Assembly (NCBI GenBank): GCA_963786935.1
Contig: CAWBAN010000002.1
Coordinates: forward strand, 224,001-288,000
Direction of reading: 5' to 3'
From: an uncultured bacterium
GTDB taxonomy: Bacteria > Krumholzibacteriota > Krumholzibacteriia > Krumholzibacteriales > Krumholzibacteriaceae
DNA length: 64,000 nt
Shown piece after piece: positions 60,662 to 64,000 of this stretch (the stretch's first letter is position 1; every line of letters begins with the position of its first letter). Both the position numbers and the translations under genes were made by a program. Below the pieces are notes generated by a model. The model was given only the letters and a program-made list of their open reading frames with translations, made no database searches and was not told where the DNA came from.

Positions 60662-63025
60662 ATGATGACGCCGCGGGTCGAACGCCTCAGACGCGAGAGC
60701 CTCGATGCGAAGCCCTCCATCTCCACCGAGCGCGCCGAGCTCGTGACGGAGGCGTACGCGCGCGCGGGCGAAGGTCTCCCCGCGCCGCTGCTCCGCGCGG
60801 CGGCGTTCCGCCATCTCATGGAGAACCGGACAATCTATATCGGCGGCGGCGAGCTCATCGTGGGGGAGAAGGGCCCGGCGCCGAAAGCGACTCCGACGTT
60901 CCCCGAGCTCTGCTGCCACAGCCTCGCCGACCTCGATCTCCTCGATTCGCGCTCGAAGATCCCGTTCGCCGTGAGCGCCGGGACGCGAAAAATCTACAAA
61001 GAGAAGATCATCCCCTTCTGGCGCGGCCGAACGCTCCGCGAGCGGCTCTTCGAGAAGATGACGCCCGAATGGAAAGCGGCCTACGAGGCGGGCGTCTTCA
61101 CCGAGTTCATGGAGCAGCGCGCCCCCGGGCACACCGTGCTCGACGACAAGATCTACTCGAAGGGCTTCGTCGATTTCAAAAAGGACATCGATCGCAGCCT
61201 CGCCTCCCTCGACCGCGCGAACGATCCGAGGGCGGAGGCGAAGGCGAACGAGCTCGAGGCGATGCGGATCTGCGCCGACGCGCTCATCCGATTCGCCGAG
61301 CGCCACGCCGAAAAGGCGCGAGAGCTCGCAGGCGTCGAGCGCGATCCGGCGCGCCGCGCCGAGCTCGAGCGCACCGCCGCCGTCTGCGAGCGCGTGCCGG
61401 CGCATCCCCCGCGGGATTTCCACGAGGCGCTCCAGTACTACTGGTTCACCCACCTCGGCGTGACGACCGAGCTCAACACGTGGGACGCGTTCAATCCCGG
61501 GCATCTCGACCGGCATCTGCTCCCGTTCTACTGCGCGGGGCTCGCGGACGGCACGCTCACGCGCGAGGGCGCCGAGGAGCTCCTCCAGTGCTTCTGGATC
61601 AAGTTCAACAACCAGCCGGCCCCGCCCAAGGTGGGCGTGACGGCCGAGGAGAGCGGTACCTACACCGATTTCGCGCAGATCAACACGGGCGGCCTCAACG
61701 CGGACGGCACGGACGGCGTCAACGAGGTCACGTTCCTCATGCTCGACGTGATCGAGGAGATGAGGCTGCTGCAGCCGAGCTCGTCCATTCAGGTGAGCGA
61801 GAAGAGCCCCGACGCCTTCATCGAGCGCGCGGCGCGGATCATCCGGACCGGCTTCGGGCAGCCTTCCGTTTTCAACACGGACCTCATCGTTCGCGAGCTC
61901 GTCCGGCAGGGAAAGACGCTCGCCGACGCGCGCGCCGGCGGCTCGAGCGGCTGCGTCGAGGTGGGGGCCTTCGGCAAGGAGAGCTACATTCTCACGGGCT
62001 ATTTCAACATGCCCAAGGTGCTCGAGATCACGCTCGCGAACGGCGTCGATCCGCGCACGGGGAAGCTGATCGGGCTCGAGACGGGGGACGCCGCGGCCTT
62101 CGCGTCGTTCGACGATCTCTTCGCCGCCTTCGAGAAGCAGCTCCGGTATTTCGTCGATGTCAAGATCGCCGGGAACGACGAGATCGAAAAGCTCTACGCG
62201 GAGAATATGCCCGCCCCGTTCCTCTCGATCCTGATCGACGACTGCGTCGCGAAGGGAGCGGACTACAACGCCGGGGGCGCCCGGTACGACACGAGCTATA
62301 TTCAAGGCGTCGGGCTCGGCACGATGACCGATTGCCTGAGCGCGATCAAGCACCACGTCTTCGACGAGCGAACGCTCGCGATGCGCGAACTCCTCGACGC
62401 CCTCTCGCGCAACTTCGACGGGGACGAGCGGCTCCGGCGGCTCCTCCTCAACAAGACGCCGCGGTACGGGAACGACGACGACCGCGCCGACGCCCTCATG
62501 CGGCGGGTGTTCGAGGCCTATTTCGGCGCGATCGACGGGCGGCCGAACACGAAGGGCGGCACGTACCGCATCAATCTGCTCCCGACGACCGTCCATATCT
62601 ACTTCGGCCGCGTGACCGGCGCCACGCCCGACGGGCGGAAATCGGCGGAGCCGCTGTCCGAAGGGATTTCTCCGGTGCAGGGAGCCGATCGCAAGGGGCC
62701 GACGGCGGTCCTGCGGTCCGCCGCGAAGATGGACCACGTCCGCACGGGAGGCACGCTCCTCAACCAGAAATTCACCCCGCAGATCCTCGAGGACGACACG
62801 GGGCTTCGGGGGCTCGTATCTCTCATCCGCTCCTACTTCGGGCTCGGCGGGCACCACATTCAGTTCAACGTGGTGGACGCGGCCACGCTCCGCGCGGCGC
62901 AGCGCGAGCCCGACCGGCACCGCGATCTCATCGTGCGCGTCGCCGGTTACAGCGACTACTTCTGCGACCTCGGCGAGACGCTCCAGAACGAGATCATCGC
63001 CCGCACGGAGCACGGCGCGCTCTGA
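60662..63025 (+). CDS. hypD: Glycyl radical enzyme, probable trans-4-hydroxy-L-proline dehydratase
   Basis: RVAGYS and SGCVE motifs plus HypD-like PELCCH, QRAPGH, ESGTYTDF, LPTT.H.YFG. Confidence 0.85.
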   Translation: MMTPRVERLRRESLDAKPSISTERAELVTEAYARAGEGLPAPLLRAAAFRHLMENRTIYIGGGELIVGEKGPAPKATPTFPELCCHSLADLDLLDSRSKIPFAVSAGTRKIYKEKIIPFWRGRTLRERLFEKMTPEWKAAYEAGVFTEFMEQRAPGHTVLDDKIYSKGFVDFKKDIDRSLASLDRANDPRAEAKANELEAMRICADALIRFAERHAEKARELAGVERDPARRAELERTAAVCERVPAHPPRDFHEALQYYWFTHLGVTTELNTWDAFNPGHLDRHLLPFYCAGLADGTLTREGAEELLQCFWIKFNNQPAPPKVGVTAEESGTYTDFAQINTGGLNADGTDGVNEVTFLMLDVIEEMRLLQPSSSIQVSEKSPDAFIERAARIIRTGFGQPSVFNTDLIVRELVRQGKTLADARAGGSSGCVEVGAFGKESYILTGYFNMPKVLEITLANGVDPRTGKLIGLETGDAAAFASFDDLFAAFEKQLRYFVDVKIAGNDEIEKLYAENMPAPFLSILIDDCVAKGADYNAGGARYDTSYIQGVGLGTMTDCLSAIKHHVFDERTLAMRELLDALSRNFDGDERLRRLLLNKTPRYGNDDDRADALMRRVFEAYFGAIDGRPNTKGGTYRINLLPTTVHIYFGRVTGATPDGRKSAEPLSEGISPVQGADRKGPTAVLRSAAKMDHVRTGGTLLNQKFTPQILEDDTGLRGLVSLIRSYFGLGGHHIQFNVVDAATLRAAQREPDRHRDLIVRVAGYSDYFCDLGETLQNEIIARTEHGAL

Positions 63026-63194
63026 TCGAGATCATTTTCCCGCATTCTCCCGGGAACAAAAGACGCCCGTTCTGTGTATGTAGGTATGTGGGGCGCCGTT
63101 CGTGGGGAAAATGGCGAAGCGTGGTGGGCGCATTCGGCCGCGGCGCCCCATAGACTCTCACAAGAATCCCCATCGATCTCGCTGGTGATGCGAA

Positions 63195-63272
63195 ATGAAA
63201 TCCTTCGTTCTGACGTTCGTGGTGCTTCTGCTTCTGTTCTTCATCATGACGCTCGTGTGCGGCGGCAGGTAG
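63195..63272 (+). CDS. Candidate 25 aa hydrophobic small protein
   Basis: MKSFVLTFVVLLLLFFIMTLVCGGR, a single TM segment. Confidence 0.4.
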   Translation: MKSFVLTFVVLLLLFFIMTLVCGGR

Positions 63273-63351
63273 CGTTCGTTCTGCTTTGCGTTTGCCCCGT
63301 ATTTCCTGCTACATTAACGGAGTGCACCCGCTTCATGGAGGAGGACCACGC

Positions 63352-64000
63352 ATGAGGAATCTGTTTTTCGTTCTCGCGATGATCTTGATCGTTCCGGGGA
63401 CATGCCTCGCCGCCACGTCCGTCCCCGTTGTTTTCGCCTCATATGCCGGGGACGCGGAGCAGCTTCATCATACGCTCGTTCTCGTCGAGAGCATCCGGAC
63501 GTTCGGCGGCCGGTTCTCCGAGGCGCCGGTCCGGATCTACGCGCCGGAGAGTCTGATAAAGACGCAGCAGAAGCTCGTGAAGCGCTTCGCTCCTCTCGCC
63601 GCGGAGGTGCGGCCGAGCGAGGCGCCCGCCGACGCACGCGCGTTTCCGTTCGCGGGGAAGGTATTCGCGGCCGCGCGCGCCGAGAAGGAGGCGAAAGGCG
63701 CCGCCTCGATTCTCGTCTGGATGGACGAGGACACCGTCGTGCTCGCGGAGCCGGGTGAGCTGGCGCTCGTGAAGAGCGCGAGCCTCGGCTACCGTCCCGT
63801 CATGCACCGGAACATCGGCTCGCTCTACTCGGAGAAGCCCGACGCCTTCTGGAGCCGCGTGTACGAGAAGCTCGCGGTTCCGGCATCCGCCGTCTTTCCG
63901 ATGAAGACGGTCACCGGCGACGCGACGGTGCGCCCCTATTTCAATGCGGGACTTCTCGCCGTGCGCCCCGAGCGCGGCATCATGAAGCGGTGGGCCGAGG
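63352..64000 (+). CDS. Secreted hypothetical protein with DxD motif, 3'-truncated
   Basis: GGAGG RBS, signal peptide, WMDEDT, YFNAG; open to the window end. Confidence 0.75.
   Translation, partial: MRNLFFVLAMILIVPGTCLAATSVPVVFASYAGDAEQLHHTLVLVESIRTFGGRFSEAPVRIYAPESLIKTQQKLVKRFAPLAAEVRPSEAPADARAFPFAGKVFAAARAEKEAKGAASILVWMDEDTVVLAEPGELALVKSASLGYRPVMHRNIGSLYSEKPDAFWSRVYEKLAVPASAVFPMKTVTGDATVRPYFNAGLLAVRPERGIMKRWAE

Overview
High-GC bacterial chromosomal region. The protein content (FlgD/T9SS-like C-terminal domain, TWGxIK tails, multiheme cytochromes, a glycyl radical enzyme) suggests an anaerobic FCB-group-like candidate lineage such as Krumholzibacteriota or Eisenbacteria, but this is inference only. 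The window opens with the 3' end of an integron integrase. Downstream of it and on the same strand lie a Pc/attI platform and about 13 gene cassettes (785 to ~9230), separated mostly by near-identical ~112 bp attC repeats. These cassettes include two toxin-antitoxin pairs, arsC, a methyltransferase and several secreted or lipoproteins. About 29 kb away is a second, diverged copy of the Pc/attI platform with no adjacent integrase (30003-30215), heading a second array of 3-5 cassettes with the same attC type. Both arrays decay towards their distal ends. Other notable elements are a porin plus 12-heme plus 6-heme cytochrome operon (26935-29898), four secreted proteins sharing a C-terminal [ST]W[GS]SIKxL[FY][RK] tail, a small CTD-bearing protein paired with a DUF4353-like protein, tandem M16 proteases, and a HypD-like glycyl radical enzyme with its activase. 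The rest is a long, mostly co-directional chain of accessory and housekeeping genes. No rRNA, tRNA or CRISPR array was seen.
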